From positions 52,948,001 through 53,012,000 of the forward strand of contig OX597815.1 of assembly GCA_951406725.2 (NCBI GenBank): DNA of 64,000 bases. The letters run 5' to 3'. The notes below the pieces were generated by a model. That model saw only the letters and a program-made list of their open reading frames with translations. It did not search any database and was not told where the DNA came from. Shown one piece after another: positions 24,159-38,977 of the stretch. The stretch's first letter is position 1. Each line of letters opens with the position of its first letter. A program made the translations under genes and the position numbers. The stretch is from Octopus vulgaris. Its lineage: Eukaryota.

Positions 24159-25054
24159 ATACACACGCGCGCACGCCTTTAGTAAACAAAAATAAAACTA
24201 TTGAATATTTAAGAGTACCACTACATGTATTCCCATTACTTGTTTATTTAAAATACGAGTACACTTCCACAACTTAACAAGTAATAACATGTAGGTTCAC
24301 ATTTTCTCAAATTACTATTTCTTCGGGCAATTCACTGTTGAATATTTTAAGCTACAGTGAGGTTTTATACTTGTAAATTTACTCCAGTTCTTCTGAATTA
24401 TACTGCGTTGTGCAAACACATACAAACACACTGAAATAAGCAGTGTTAGACTTAATGTGAGGAAGAACACAATAACTTTAATTAATATAGCCATATGGAG
24501 GAAAAGTAATCATTATTGAACAATGCTGAGCTCAACCACGCAAAAGCAATCAAAAATTATTTTAATGGGCTGACACACCAGTGTCTCAATTAATTAAAAT
24601 TAGAAAGACGTAATATTGGGAGAGGAAGAATAGCTGGTTATTTGGCAGACAGTGGGGAGGGGGACCACAACAATACACATGTTTCGATCTTATCAGACCT
24701 TCTAAGCAAAGCATAAATATTCACATATTCTCATATTCTTTAATCCGACAGGGTGGAAGAAATACTTATACAGAATATGTACAAATGCTAGTATAACAAC
24801 ACGGTATAAAGCCTGGGGGAAATAACTTTGCGATGTTATCTACATGGGAAATAAATAGTAAATTAAGTAATAAAACTCTTAATGTGATGAGCACGAAACA
24901 TTAATTAATCAATACTAAATCTGTTTCGAAGTGAGGTAAACATTGGTTAACAATGTTGAATTGAACCAAACAAAGGCAATGAAGTATGACTATATAATAT
25001 ATTCATAAGAATAGCCAAACATACAATACGGAAACATACTCTCACTCACACATA

Positions 25055-25250
<196 letters not shown>

Positions 25251-25361
25251 CATATCTAAATATCAATCTATCTGTATATGTGTACGTTATGTGTATATAT
25301 GTATATATGTGTGTATATATATATGTGTGTATGTATGTATATATATATATGCATATATATA

Positions 25362-25425
<64 letters not shown>

Positions 25426-25802
25426 AATGCATATCGTCACATAAACGTTACACAAATTCATATGAGAAATGCATATCTTTATTATCAACTTTGACGAAGG
25501 AACAGGTTAGAGGCTATAATATTGAATTAATTTTTATGCTACCAAGAGAAATCAAGAAGTATCGAATAGCTTGAATACATTTTACAGCCGCATACACATT
25601 TCGTCGTTATATTCGTTACTCCAGAGTCATATAGTAATCGTTTTTACTACAGGACTACATATGATTTTCTATACCTAATTTATTCCTGTGTTCGTTGTGA
25701 AGTTGACGTCCTTAGTTACACTCAATTTCACACCGTTTATCCCTGTGGATATGATGCCTGAAACCAGATGGTATTAAGATTTCAGTTACCATAAAATACA
25801 TT

Positions 25803-25835
<33 letters not shown>

Positions 25836-25959
25836 GCACGCATACGCACACAAACAATTATCACCATAAGCTGAGTTGATAATACTCACGTCGTACCGTC
25901 AAAAATAGGTCGTTCTCTTCCCAGCGGTGATTATCAATATCTAATGCGTCTGTGTGTAT

Positions 25960-26800
25960 TTAAACACGATCTTGTATCTCCGTAGGGATCTGTTCCGATT
26001 TCTTGTATAGTTAGTCAACTGTAAATCGAATGTTTATCTCCATAACCGATTTTTTCACCGTTGCTTGGACACTCTATTTCATCGGAGGTTTTACTGAGCA
26101 TGTATCTTTTCCACGCTAGGAAGTTTACTTTACTCTTGGCTGATGATGATCCTAATCTTCTTTTTCCAAGTAGTGTTCATGATTTGCTTCACGTGTCTCA
26201 GCATGAATGCAAACAAGGTTTTCTTTTACTTGTTTATGGTCCATGTCTCAGAAACGTTCAAAAAGTATATAATACTCTGCTCGTGGGCTATCACGTGCTG
26301 TTCTACGGTCAAATTTCCGAAATAACGACTTTACTTTACTTCTCCAGTAACCTATTTCCTCGCTGAGCCTACCATACTTACTAATCGTATTTCCCAAATA
26401 GGTAAACTGGTCTGCCTCTTCTTTCTTCTGCCCTTGCATCATCATGAGTTCAGAGTTTGTCACTTAGATTGCGTTAGATCTTGGCCTTTACAGATCTTTA
26501 GTTTTCTGGATTTTTAATGTTCAAGCCGCGCTTAATAGTCACATCGTTAAAAGTACTCATTAAGCTCCGGATCTCCTCTGAACTGTGGAAGACAAGGATA
26601 TATTCATCAGTGAACAACATGTCTCTAACTTGTATATATGTAGCCTTGGCTTTAGATTTGAGGTGCGATACCTTATACAGATTACTATTAATTTTATCTG
26701 TACATATACACCTTCAGTCGTGTTGATGAGGTCCAGAATACTTCCTCAAGCATCTCTGGCACATAGAATAAGGATCTGACACTCAACTCTGCTTAACTTC
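25960..26800 (-). mobile_element. Highly decayed RTE-like RT fragment
   Basis: ORF 26248..26463 EEADQFTYLGNTISKYGRLSEEI (F.YLGS.I...G....EI motif); LLFTDE remnant (FADD-like) near 26605. Confidence 0.55.
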
Positions 26801-27218
26801 CACAGTAACAGTAAACTGTTTAGAGCTGCATAACTTGAGCTTTCGTGCTAGTGAGTAGAAACTCGATTATACGAATTAAGTTTCAGAGCATCCAAGCCTT
26901 ATAAATACCTGGTCCGATCAGTAGATATAAAGTATATCACACATTTCTCTTGAATATTTTTCCTTTTTGAATTCACGCTGAGTTCTAGATAATATTATTG
27001 TGGTTTTCCTACTTAATCTGCTGAGCGTCACTCTCACAAGGAACTTCCCGACTTTAGAGTGTAAAAAAAAACCTCAATAGTTCCCGCATCCGTTCCCATC
27101 TGTTTTTTTTTTAATATAGCACCGATGTTAACTTATTGCCAGTTCTGTATAATATAATCGGCATCTGCCAGTTCATATTGGCATATACGGGATCCCAACA
27201 ATACTGCTGGGATCTCGT

Positions 27219-27910
27219 ATATTAGGTTGGAAAGAACGTCCTTTCGCATTTTTGGGGTATTTTACAATGCTTACGATACAGAAGGCATTGATTTTTACAT
27301 TCTGCTGTTTTTCTCCCTTCTTTGAAATTCTTTTATATCATAGTGGTTAAATTAGTATCGGTTCTATCCTTTTAAAATGAGTTCAGATCAGACCTGTAAT
27401 AGACACTGCATGCTGTATAAATCTAAAAAGTGTTCTTCAGCAATGGCTGAAACAAGAAATGTTCGTTCAATCTGTGGAAATGAAACTTTAAGTGTCTGGA
27501 CATGAAAACGATGGTTTTACCAGTTCCACATAATAAGCTTTTCTCCCGCAGATTCCTTTTGATCTGGACGACCAATTTCTTCCTACATTGAATTTTTGAA
27601 ATCCGTAATTCAAGAAAATCCTAAGCAAACTGCACGAGAATTAGTAAAACGGTTCAACTGAAGTCGCGTTTCGATCATAAAACACCTTCATGCACTAGGA
27701 AAATGTCTTAACTTGGTCAGTGGGTCTCTCATCATCCGACTACTTCTCAATTCAATCAAGGAGTTGCCTTCTGTTTGACATAAAAAAGTAGACTTGCTAC
27801 CAAACCTTTCTCAGGTAGAATCATCACAAATGATGAAAAGAGGGTTCTCTATAAATATATCCAGCGAAAACTACAAAAGTTAATACCCAATGAAAAAGGA
27901 AAATTAATCT
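27219..27910 (+). mobile_element. 5' half of a decayed mariner, truncated at (TATC)n
   Basis: Mariner-type end attaggttggaaagaacgtcctttcgcatttt; IRHCMLY, RWFYQF, QWVSH (WVPHEL-like) and RIITNDEKRVLY. Confidence 0.7.
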
Positions 27911-27912
27911 CC

Positions 27913-28026
<114 letters not shown>

Positions 28027-28403
28027 TTATCTATCTATCTATACACATATACACACACATACATGTATTCTTTTCTTCATTTATCCCTTTACTTGTTTCA
28101 GTCATTTGCCTGCAGCCATGTTGGAACACCGCTTTACAGGGTTTTAGTTGAACAAAATGACCCTAGAACTTATTCCTTGTAAGCATAGTATGTCCGTCAG
28201 ATACCTTTGAGTAACCATCTAGCAACATGCAGTTGGAAAATATTTATATTTCCATTCTACAAACTACACAGTCCAAGTGAAATTGAAAGGAAATTCACAG
28301 AAAAGAATTATTAATATATTCCAACACAAGTTAAATAAACAATAATTCTAATACTTAGAATTTATTTACTGCAGAGTTCTTTCCGGGTTCAGAGTGCCAA
28401 AAT

Positions 28404-28473
28404 GAAGATATTTGAAATATAGCCTCAAATATAATTGGCAAATTATATTTGAGGCTATATTTCAAATATCTTC
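28404..28473. repeat. Perfect 33-bp inverted repeat with 4-nt loop
   Basis: gaagatatttgaaatatagcctcaaatataatt-ggca-aattatatttgaggctatatttcaaatatcttc. Confidence 0.95.
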
Positions 28474-28818
28474 GTAAATGTTAACAGCGAAAGCTTGGTA
28501 TGTAGTTTATTGCCAAATTTTGTATCTTTTCATTTGTCTTACCCGTTTTATATTCTGCCATTTGCTAAAATTTTGGGGGAACACATTCTTCGTGGTAAGA
28601 CGATTTAGCGTATTCTTCTAGCATATTAGGAATCGACCTTAGTGGTTATTCTAAAGAGATATTTCTTCAATGAATATATTATATAAAATATCATAAAATA
28701 TGAAACAGTATTATTCTAGTAAGAAATCAGAGATCTTATGGATATAAATTAATTTACTTATAAATGAACATACTCCCTAAACAATTGTTTCATTTCACAA
28801 ACAAAATTAAAATTACAA

Positions 28819-28883
<65 letters not shown>

Positions 28884-29092
28884 ATAAGATCGTTAATTTA
28901 AAAATAAAATAACGATTTTATTAAGTGGTCAGTATGGAAAATTATTAAAATTATAAATTAGGGTATCTACGAGATACCACCATGCTGAAAATAGCAGCCA
29001 TGATCTGACTCTAAAACCACCTTAATTGTCCATAAATCAACACGGAGAGAAAACAAAGAGACAAGATGAAACTAGTAAACAATTACTGGATA

Positions 29093-29151
29093 ATTCTAGA
29101 TCCCGGATTTCTAGCTTTGCATTTAAGAATGCTTTGCCTCGTCAGTAGAAT
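29093..29151 (-). ncRNA. Type I hammerhead-like motif (left arm)
   Basis: attcta CTGACGA ggcaaagcattcttaaatgcaaagcta GAAA tccggga TC tagaat. Confidence 0.6.
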
Positions 29152-29238
29152 ACAGACAGAAGAGAAACATAAATACATATATATATAAATACAACGTACG
29201 AATACTTACATATACGAACGTATATATTCTCCGTGTGT

Positions 29239-29297
29239 ATTCTACTGACGAGGCAAAGCATTCCTAAATGCAAAGTCAGAAATCCGGGATCTAGAAT
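29239..29297 (+). ncRNA. Type I hammerhead-like motif (right arm)
   Basis: attcta CTGACGA ggcaaagcattcctaaatgcaaagtca GAAA tccggga TC tagaat; 6-bp stem I, near-palindromic stem III, AUC site. Confidence 0.6.
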
Positions 29298-29752
29298 TAT
29301 CCAGTAATTTTTTACTAGTTTCATCTTGTCTCTTTGTTTTCTCTCCGTGTTGATTTATGGACAATTAAGGTGTTTTTAGAGTCAGATCATGGCTGCTATT
29401 TTCAGCATGGTGGTATCTCGTGGATACAGCAACTGACGATACCGGTTTGACTTTGAATTCCTTTAACAATTCATAATAATGTCTTTCATTCCTCTTAATT
29501 CTACCTCACTTCATCTAATTGCATATATTTTTCGTTACTTTTCATAAAAAAGCCTTTATGTTTTTGATATCCAATAAGCATTTTCGCTTTTTTCTTCTTA
29601 CTTTCCCCATATCTTTTCCACGTGTAGTTTCTATTTTCTTTATGAAACATATTTCTATTATATATATGTATGTATATATGTGTATGTGTGTGTGTGTGTG
29701 TATATATATATATGTGCATATATATGTATATATATATGTATGTATGTATGTA

Positions 29753-29838
<86 letters not shown>

Positions 29839-29889
29839 TAGATATATGTATGTATATACATACGCACACACACACACACATATATATAT

Positions 29890-30030
29890 ATTTCTTTATT
29901 TCCCACAAGGGGCTAAACATAGAGGGGACAAACAATGACACACAAAGAGATTAAATCGATTACATCAACACCAGTGCGTAACTGGTACTTTATTTATCGA
30001 CCCCGAAATGATAAAAGGCAAAGTTGACCT
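29890..30030 (-). mobile_element. SINE family A 3' fragment
   Basis: Reverse complement of the 15982-16160 unit (ccagtgcgtaactggtact..tcgaccccgaaa.gataaaaggcaaagttgacct). Confidence 0.75.
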
Positions 30031-30182
30031 ATAGGCGTAAGAGTGACTGTGTGGTAGGAAGCTTGCTTATTTATAAGACTTTTTCATTTTTTCGAGCGCC
30101 AAACTAATACACCTTCTTGTTCATACACCTGTCTTTGTCTTTTGTTTTTCTATAAATTTCAACTATTTATATGTATATATAT

Positions 30183-30520
30183 AGGCACACTTGTGATCGT
30201 GTAGTAAGAAACTTGCTTCCCAACCACATGGTTCTGAGTTCAGTTCCACTGTGTCTTCTACTGTAGCCTCGAGCTGACCAAAACCTTGTGAGTGGATTTG
30301 ATTGACGGAAACTGAAAGAAGCCCGTCGTGTATATATATATATATATATTCATACATGTATGGAAGCATGTATTTATGCATTAGTGTGTCTGTGTTTATT
30401 TCCCCACCATCGCTTGACAACCGATAGAATAAGTACTAGGCTTACAAAGAATAAGTCGTGGAGTTGATTTGTTCGACTAAAGGCGGTGCTCTAGCATGGC
30501 CGCAGTCAAATGACTAAAAG
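30183..30520 (+). mobile_element. SINE family B
   Basis: gtgtagtaagaaacttgcttcccaaccacatgg...gcatggccgcagtcaaatgact. Confidence 0.75.
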
Positions 30521-31605
30521 AATATATATGCGTGTGTGTGTGCAATCAAAAGACTAAAAGAATATATATGCGTGTGTGTGTGTGTGATGGTGTGCTGCAA
30601 CATGACATTGCCAAATGACAACTAAAATAAGCTAAAGAATATGTCCATTTTATTGACAAATAGGCGGTACATGAACAAAATAATTGTCGTTCTTTATCAA
30701 AACGTTTTTTTCTCCTGAAAAGACGCTCATAAATCAAATCATTTATTATATTCAGATCAAATCATTTATTATATTTAAGCAAAATTGAATTTGTTTATTT
30801 ACAGTGAACATTGAAAATGTTATGGTTTATGCAATTATCTTGGATATATTTAATCTTGTTTTAAAGTTCTTTTAATCATACTTGTCAACAAACCTTTTCA
30901 ATAAAATGAATTCGGAGATGCATTGTCCTTCAGTCTTCTTGGATTGTTGTAAATAATGATTCCCTGCCTTGAAAAGCTGATTTTAATTCTCTCCTATGTA
31001 TGTTCCATTGAGTTTGAATTAGGAAATTATATATGTCAAAACAATGACACCATTTCATGACTCCTGACAAACGTTTTGACAAATTACAATGGAAAAATAC
31101 AACTAGTTCAGTTATAGACTCTATAATTAAAAGCGTTCCAAAAGTGACACAATCGTTTTAAGTATAACTATGACTACATTATCCAATATCTCCTTTTCTT
31201 TTTTAAATCAGTGTTGTGGCTTGAAAGAGTTTGGGCTATTATGTCTAAGAATCCATCGAGCACATAGAGGCTTCCTCGTTGGGTCGCGCATTGTTATATT
31301 ACTTACTAGACGATCTTGGGTAAACAGTGTTGTTTTATTGTGCTGTATGACTTGCAATACAGAAATTAAAGCGGCTTCAAAATGGACAGAAAAACTTTGT
31401 TTCGGGTTTCTTTGATTAAGTACTATTTTATTGCTATATTTCTTTAGTGTTTTTTTTTTTTTACTTTGTTTGTCCTAAGATTATTTTCCATCTTTTCTTT
31501 GTCCCTCTGCATTTTCGATTTTTACTTAAGTTTTTGCTTGGGTTTCAATGTTGTGTGAAAGTAGTTTTGAGGTTGAGAGGATTCGAAGTATTGATATTTG
31601 CATAC

Positions 31606-32022
31606 GGCACAGGAGTGACTGTGTGGTAAGAAGCTTGCTTCCCAACCACATGGGTCCGGGTTCAATCCCATTGCTTGGTATCTTGAGCAAGTGTCTTCTA
31701 CTATAGCCTCCGACCAATCAAAGCGGATTTGGTAGGCGGAAGCTGAAAGAAGCCTGCCGTGTATATATATATACATATATATACACACACAAACATATAT
31801 ATATGTTTGTGTGTGTGTCATTGTGTCTGTGTTTGTCCCACCACCGCTTGACAACTGGTTTTGGTGTGTTTAAGTTTCCGTAACCCAGCAGTTCGACAAA
31901 AGTGACTGATAGAATAAGTACTAAGCTTAAAAGTAAGTACTGGTATTTGTTCGTTCGACTAAAGTTCTTCAAGACGGTGCCCCAGCATGGCCGCAGTTTA
32001 ATGACTGAAACAAGTAAAAGAC
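31606..32022 (+). mobile_element. SINE family B, near full length
   Basis: ggcacaggagtgactgtgtggtaagaagcttgcttcccaaccacatgg...ggttcaatccc (B box)...atgactgaaacaagtaaaag. Confidence 0.85.
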
Positions 32023-33846
32023 AAAACACAAAATATATGTTTTCGCGCTGTATACACTACTCAAGAATTTTATTTCAATCGTAGCTGCTTTATCGTCAAG
32101 TTTTTACTTTCAAATAGGGGGTCCTCTGTTAGTCAATGGAAAGGTCTTTTATCGATTTTGAGTTTTTCATTTATTCGAATTTTAAATTATTACCATCTTT
32201 AGAATTTTATATTCTTAAACTTGTCACATATTCACTTTTATTCAGATTTTCGTTTGCATAATTCTGACTCGACTTTTACTCTTTTCGTGTGGAATATTTC
32301 TCGTTGGCCAAAATTTCCTCATCTCCAAGAAATAATTTAGTAGACGAACGTGAGGGTCAAGAGGAAGGTGCTGTTTTCTAGTGTATTTATCATAGGGAAA
32401 TGAGACTGGCAAAACTGGCAAAGCTAAATGGGCTTACCTTGCATCTGGCACTTTTGATGCTATAGATAGGGTCATAATAACCCAGATTTTGTGTCGGGTT
32501 TCCTCGAGTTATCTTGGGTGCTCTCCTCCTCTTTGGCAGCATTTCTTGTTGAAATTATTATTGTTCGGTTTTGGTTACTATATTTTGCTTGATATAACCC
32601 CCACTTATTTGTGTTACATTGTTCACAATACCTAGGGCCCATGTGTACCCGCTCGCACACAAAAGAAAAATCACCATTATCATCAATATTACTATTATTA
32701 TTACTGCTGTTGTTGTAGTTGCTGTTGTAATTTCTGTTGGATAGGTACAAACATTAAAGCGTCGGATACAGTTTTTATGGTTTGTATTCCAGCTCTTTAG
32801 GGTCTGAGTTCAAGCCACGCCGAGGTCGACTATGCCTTTCGTCCTTTCGCCCACTGAAAACTGCTGCCCTTGGGTCTAAATTAGAAACCATTGTTGTTGT
32901 TGTTGGTGGTGGTGGTGGTGGTGGTTTAGCTGATGCTGTTGTTATTGTTGCTGCTGTCATGAGAGTAAATAGTACAATAGGCAGACTTCTTGGTGGTTTA
33001 CAGTGATGTTCTCTTAAAGCTTTGGGTTCAAATCAATTTAATCGACCGCGCATTGCTATTCCTAACATTACTGGCCCTGTTCCAGCGTAAGAAACCATCA
33101 TCATCATCATTATCGCCATCGTCGTAGTCGTGGTCGTGGTTGTCATCATCATCATCATCTCCACATCATCATCATCATCGCCACCACCGCCACCGCCACC
33201 AAGAGCATCGTCGTCGTTGTCATCATCAACATAATCATCATCATCATCATTTTGTGTAGCATGAAAATAACAATTTGATAAAATAAAAAGGGAATAAAAA
33301 AAAGCGTACCAACAAATGAAATTTCTTAAATTATAATAGAAACAACAACAACAACGACTACAACAGCAGCAGCAGCAACAGTAATGACACCAACATCTAC
33401 AATACCACTTCCTCAACTAAACAGCTACAACAACAACAACAACAACAACAACAACATTGCCCGAAACGAACAGTTAGAGCAAACAACAGCAGAAATAACA
33501 ACAACTACAATAACAACAACAGAGCAATAACAGTTAATGCAGCAACATTGCCTTAAAGCAACAACAGCAATATCAACATCAACCATAAAAACAACAACCA
33601 AAACAACAACAGCAGCCGTAGCAGCAGCAACAACACTGCCTCAAAACAACAACAAGAACAGTCACAAATAGCGGCAGCAGAAGCCACCAAAAAGAAAATA
33701 GATTTTTCAATAGATTCTGTGTTGTGTGAGGAAGACTGAATATTGAAATATCTGATTAATTTACAGCTTAGGCGAAATATATAAGGATTCTAACAGCAGA
33801 TTAGCTAGCTTAATGGATCATATAGTAGTAGTAGTAGTAGTAGTAA

Positions 33847-33901
<55 letters not shown>

Positions 33902-33956
33902 TGTAGTAGTAGCAGTAGCATTATGCAGGCACAAATACATATATAGATATCAGGCA

Positions 33957-34052
<96 letters not shown>

Positions 34053-34088
34053 AGTGTGTGTGCTTGTGAGAGTGAAAGCAAATGAATG

Positions 34089-34128
<40 letters not shown>

Positions 34129-34130
34129 GC

Positions 34131-34176
<46 letters not shown>

Positions 34177-34418
34177 GTTATATATATATATACATATACA
34201 TATATATACATATACAAACAGACGCAGATACCTAAAAATATAAGTGAACTGGTGTTTCTGTTTTGTCGCGTACGTGTGCGTGCAATGGTATGTGTGCGTG
34301 TGTGTGTGTGTGCGTGCGTGTGTGTATGTGTGTGAATGTATATGTATATATATAAATGCGTATGTGTGTGTGTTTACATACATATATATGTTTATATATA
34401 TATAATTTATATGTTTGA

Positions 34419-34462
<44 letters not shown>

Positions 34463-34596
34463 ATACATATATACATGCACATATGTATACATATACATAT
34501 ATCCATTCATATTCCTAAAGATATGTATATAATTGTGCATATACTGGGATCTCTAAATTGACAGGCTTTAAATTGACAGGCTTTACACATACACAT

Positions 34597-34646
<50 letters not shown>

Positions 34647-34757
34647 GCACACACAACTACAAATCTCGCCTCTGAATTCATATTCACATAACGGTCATCA
34701 ACATAGACACATTCGTATCAGTCATGTCAGCAATGCAATTTTATAGACTTTCACACT

Positions 34758-34797
<40 letters not shown>

Positions 34798-34835
34798 CTC
34801 TTTCGCTTTCTCTCTCTCTTTCTCTCTCTAACACA

Positions 34836-34869
<34 letters not shown>

Positions 34870-35076
34870 TACTCCCCGTCTCTATATTTCATTTCCCTAT
34901 CTCTCTCTCTCTCTCTTTCTCTCTCACTCTCTTTCTCACTCTCTGTGTATCTATCTATCAAATATCAATCTATCCTCCTTGCTACACATAAAATGCACCC
35001 ATCCACATACCCCCTAAACCACATGACAAATAAAAATAATATATATATGTGTGAGTGTGTGTTTAAATGTGGGATG

Positions 35077-35130
<54 letters not shown>

Positions 35131-35377
35131 TATATTCACGCAATATATATATGCATATATGCATACAATACATATATATGCGTGCGTATCTAAATCTATC
35201 TGTTTCTGGAATATTTCTCTTTGCTTATTCTGCTGACGAAGTGAATACACGTATATTTATCCCACTTTTCTTTTTTAGAATTATGCTCAGGGCTGTTAAA
35301 ATTCTATTTCATTTTGATATGTATGCCGTAATTTATTTACAGTTAATTCCGATATATATATATATATATATATATAT

Positions 35378-36005
<628 letters not shown>

Positions 36006-36214
36006 AAAAAAATATATATACATACACATATATAGTCTTTTTTATTATTAAAACTGTAGCCGAGAGAGAGAGAGAGAGAGTTTGTCTCGCGACTCGAGTT
36101 TCACACCAGTCATGTATGAATAATGTTTGAAACATTATTCGATATAGAACTCAATACGCTGGGTACAGAGGACAGATATGATTACTATGCATGTATGTAT
36201 ATGTACATGTACTA

Positions 36215-36740
36215 TTCTACCATACACATCTCCCTTAGGCTATTCCTTCTCTGCTTCAAACGGCCTATAACATGCTTGAATTCCTGGTCCACAGTTTTAT
36301 CCCTACTCTCGACTCCCACCGTGACTCCTTCATCTGCTCTCGTCCATGCTGTCACACCAGCCCATAGTTCTCCAACACCACTACCCTCACCGGTACCCAC
36401 CAATGCTCCTATCACATCACCGACTCTTTTACCTGCATCTCCAGCAATGTTATCTACTGCATCTCCTGCTCTCTTTGTCCTTCCCTGTACATTGATCAAA
36501 CAGGACGCTGCTTGACCGACCGTTTGACTGAGCACCTCCGAAACATCACACTCGACAATGACACCCCCGTCTAGCACCACTTTCGCTCCACCGATCATTC
36601 GCTACAATATGTCTGTTTTCGGACTGACTTTTTTCAGGAGCCACCCGGACTCACGCATTCACCGTGAACAAGAATTAATCTTCTCCCTTCGTTTTTTTGC
36701 TCCTTAAGGTCTCAATTCGCCACCTCCCTTCATTTAACAT
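36215..36740 (+). mobile_element. Second, more decayed copy of the Neptune-type PLE GIY-YIG fragment
   Basis: Aligns by eye to 7120-7640 (cttcaaacgg, acctgcatctccagcaatgttatctactgcatctcctgctct, ccctgtacattgatcaaacaggacgc, ccgtgaacaagaattaatcttctc). Confidence 0.85.
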
Positions 36741-37485
36741 CAACCCCACACTGATACCTACACGCTTCCCACCTTCAGCTCACCCTCCCATCCACCCTCA
36801 TACCTGCACACCACATGACTCAGTCCCCTTCCCACACACACCACCATTCACACTGTTCAACTCAGTACTCACATCAAAAACCATTACGCACACACATACA
36901 CACGTGCACACACTACTCGAACATCAACTGCTAAACACAAGCGTTTGCATACGCACATCCCCACACACAAACACACACACAAACACACACACAAACACAC
37001 ACACGATAGTCTCACAAACATATACGCTTGTCCATATGCACACACACAAATACGCGAAACGCACATCACTCCACACCACACACGCACTATGTTACTTGTA
37101 CACACACGCATGCGCCTATTCCCACGCACAAGCCCATGCGTTTGCAAACACACGCACACATACGCGCACGCACACATGCGCGCGTGCACACGCACACGCA
37201 CTCACACGCACACATGCACACACATACACACCTGTACATGAACCACACATCACTCCACAAAATGTACGCACTACACAAACACAAGCCCACATAATTTTAA
37301 GCTCACCCTCACACACATTCACATGCCCCATTCACACATCTACATTCACACACACACCATTTTCACATACACCCATGTGCTTGGGTACCCTTGCGTAATG
37401 GTTCATCATGTTGAACCGTTAAACGTTACACAATTTTTCTCCCTCCGTTTTTTTTCGTTCTCTCTCTGCTTTCCCCCTCTCAATC

Positions 37486-37515
37486 CTTTCTGTCGACTAG
37501 CGTAGGCTCGAAGCA

Positions 37516-37516
<1 letters not shown>
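37486..37516 (+). ncRNA. Degenerate copy of the CUGUNGA hammerhead-like motif
   Basis: cttt CTGTCGA c tagc gtag gctc GAAG, at the same position relative to its PLE as the 8245 copy. Confidence 0.4.
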
Positions 37517-37569
<53 letters not shown>

Positions 37570-37695
37570 TGCTTACGCACACACATTTAAATCAATGTAT
37601 GAAAATGTACTTTGACATTAAACACTAGTATACATTTTTCTTCGTATTTGACAATTTGAAACTTCCAGACAATATCTTTGTTTTTTGTGGAAATA

Positions 37696-38977
37696 CGAGG
37701 GACGTTCAATAAGTAATGCCTCTGACACACTTCCATTTGTTTGATCTAGTTGAAATTTTGCATGTGCAAATATTTATATCTCTATAGATTAAGTAGCAAA
37801 TTATAGGTCTGAACTAATTGTGGTTTCTGATTTACAGGTGTTTGAACTGAGTCAAGTGTGAAATGGAGCCTGTTGAGTGTCGAGCAGTGATCCGGTTTTT
37901 GTATTTGAAAGGACGCACACCACAGGAGACTTTTGATGAAATGAAAGTAACTTATGGTGATGATGCCCCATCATACGACCTTGTAAAACGCTGGCATCGT
38001 GAATTCAAACATGGTCGGAAACAGCTCCCAGATCTGGTCGCCCCCCTTCTGCCATTGACGAGGTATTTGTCTGTCAAGTTGAGGCTGCCATGTTGGAAGA
38101 TCGACGCATAATTATTCGCCAAATAGCCCATGAGGTCAAGATTACCGGGTCTGTGGAAACTATCATTCATGACCATTTGCATATGCAAAAGGTGTCTGCC
38201 AATGGATTCCCAGGCTGCTCACACCTTTCCAGAAGCAAGAACGCGTCGAGTGCTCGAGAATGAATTTGGAGATGTGCCAAGAAGATGAGTCAAAATTTTT
38301 CAAAAGACTGATTACACAGGATGAAAACTGGGTCCATCACTAATATCCAGAGACCAAAGCCAAGTCAATGCAGTGGAAGCACCGTGACTCACCTCCTCCA
38401 AAGAAGGCTTGGGTGCAGCCCTCCGCTGGCAATGTCATGCTCACAGTCTTCTGGGACCAGGACGGAGTAGTGATGACAGATTTCCTAGCAAAGGGTACCA
38501 CAATTACAGGAGCCTATTATGCTTCACTTTTGACGAGGAAATTAAGAGAAGCTATCGAAATCAAGAGGCGGGGCAAGATCAGCAAAGGCATCCTCCTCCT
38601 GCAGGACAACGCTCCGGTTCACAACTCGCGTGTCACCAGATCAGAAGAACAGGCGTGCGGCTATGAACTCCTCCCCCATCTCCCCTACTCTCCTGACCTT
38701 GCACCCTCTGATTTTCACCTCTTCCCAGCCATGAAGTTGTTTTTGAAAGGAATGCGTTTCCCAGATGATGCAGCTTTGATTTCTGAAGTCACGTTGTGGT
38801 TGGAGGACCAAGCTGGAGTCTTCTACAAAAATGGTCTCAAGAGCTGCATCAAACGATGGGAGAAATGCGTAACTCTGGATGGTTCCTCTGTAGAAAAAGA
38901 CTAATAACTGTGCCAAGTTTCGTGGCTCTACTGCTATGGGAAGTGATTCAGGGGCATTACTTATTGAACGCTCCTCG
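37696..38977 (+). mobile_element. Full-length mariner (irritans/Hsmar2-like ends) with frameshifted DD34D-type transposase (37863-38904)
   Basis: TA-flanked TIRs cgagggacgttcaataagtaatgcctctga / tcaggggcattacttattgaacgctcctcg. Peptides MEPVECRAVIRFLYLKG, ITQDENWV, LQDNAPVH, YSPDLAPSDFHLF and RWEKCVTLDG. Confidence 0.95.

Larger units (their letters stand above)
28963..29427. repeat. ~190-bp diverged inverted repeat (28963-29154 / 29236-29427), each arm carrying a hammerhead-like motif
   Basis: Arms are reverse complements with scattered substitutions, separated by an ~80-bp spacer. Confidence 0.9.

Noticed and set aside
24675-24712. Minus-strand ggtct-gata-agatc-GAAA-catgt
   Set aside because: The CUGANGA segment is not recognisable (cttagaa); too degenerate to call.
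35228-35258. CTGACGA-a-gtg-aata-cac-GTAT hammerhead-like start
   Set aside because: GAAA and stem III are missing; at best a dead remnant.
36697-37398. 233-aa His/Thr-rich ORF, the longest in the window
   Set aside because: Degenerate (CA)n-rich PLE 3' region that lacks stop codons because of its composition.
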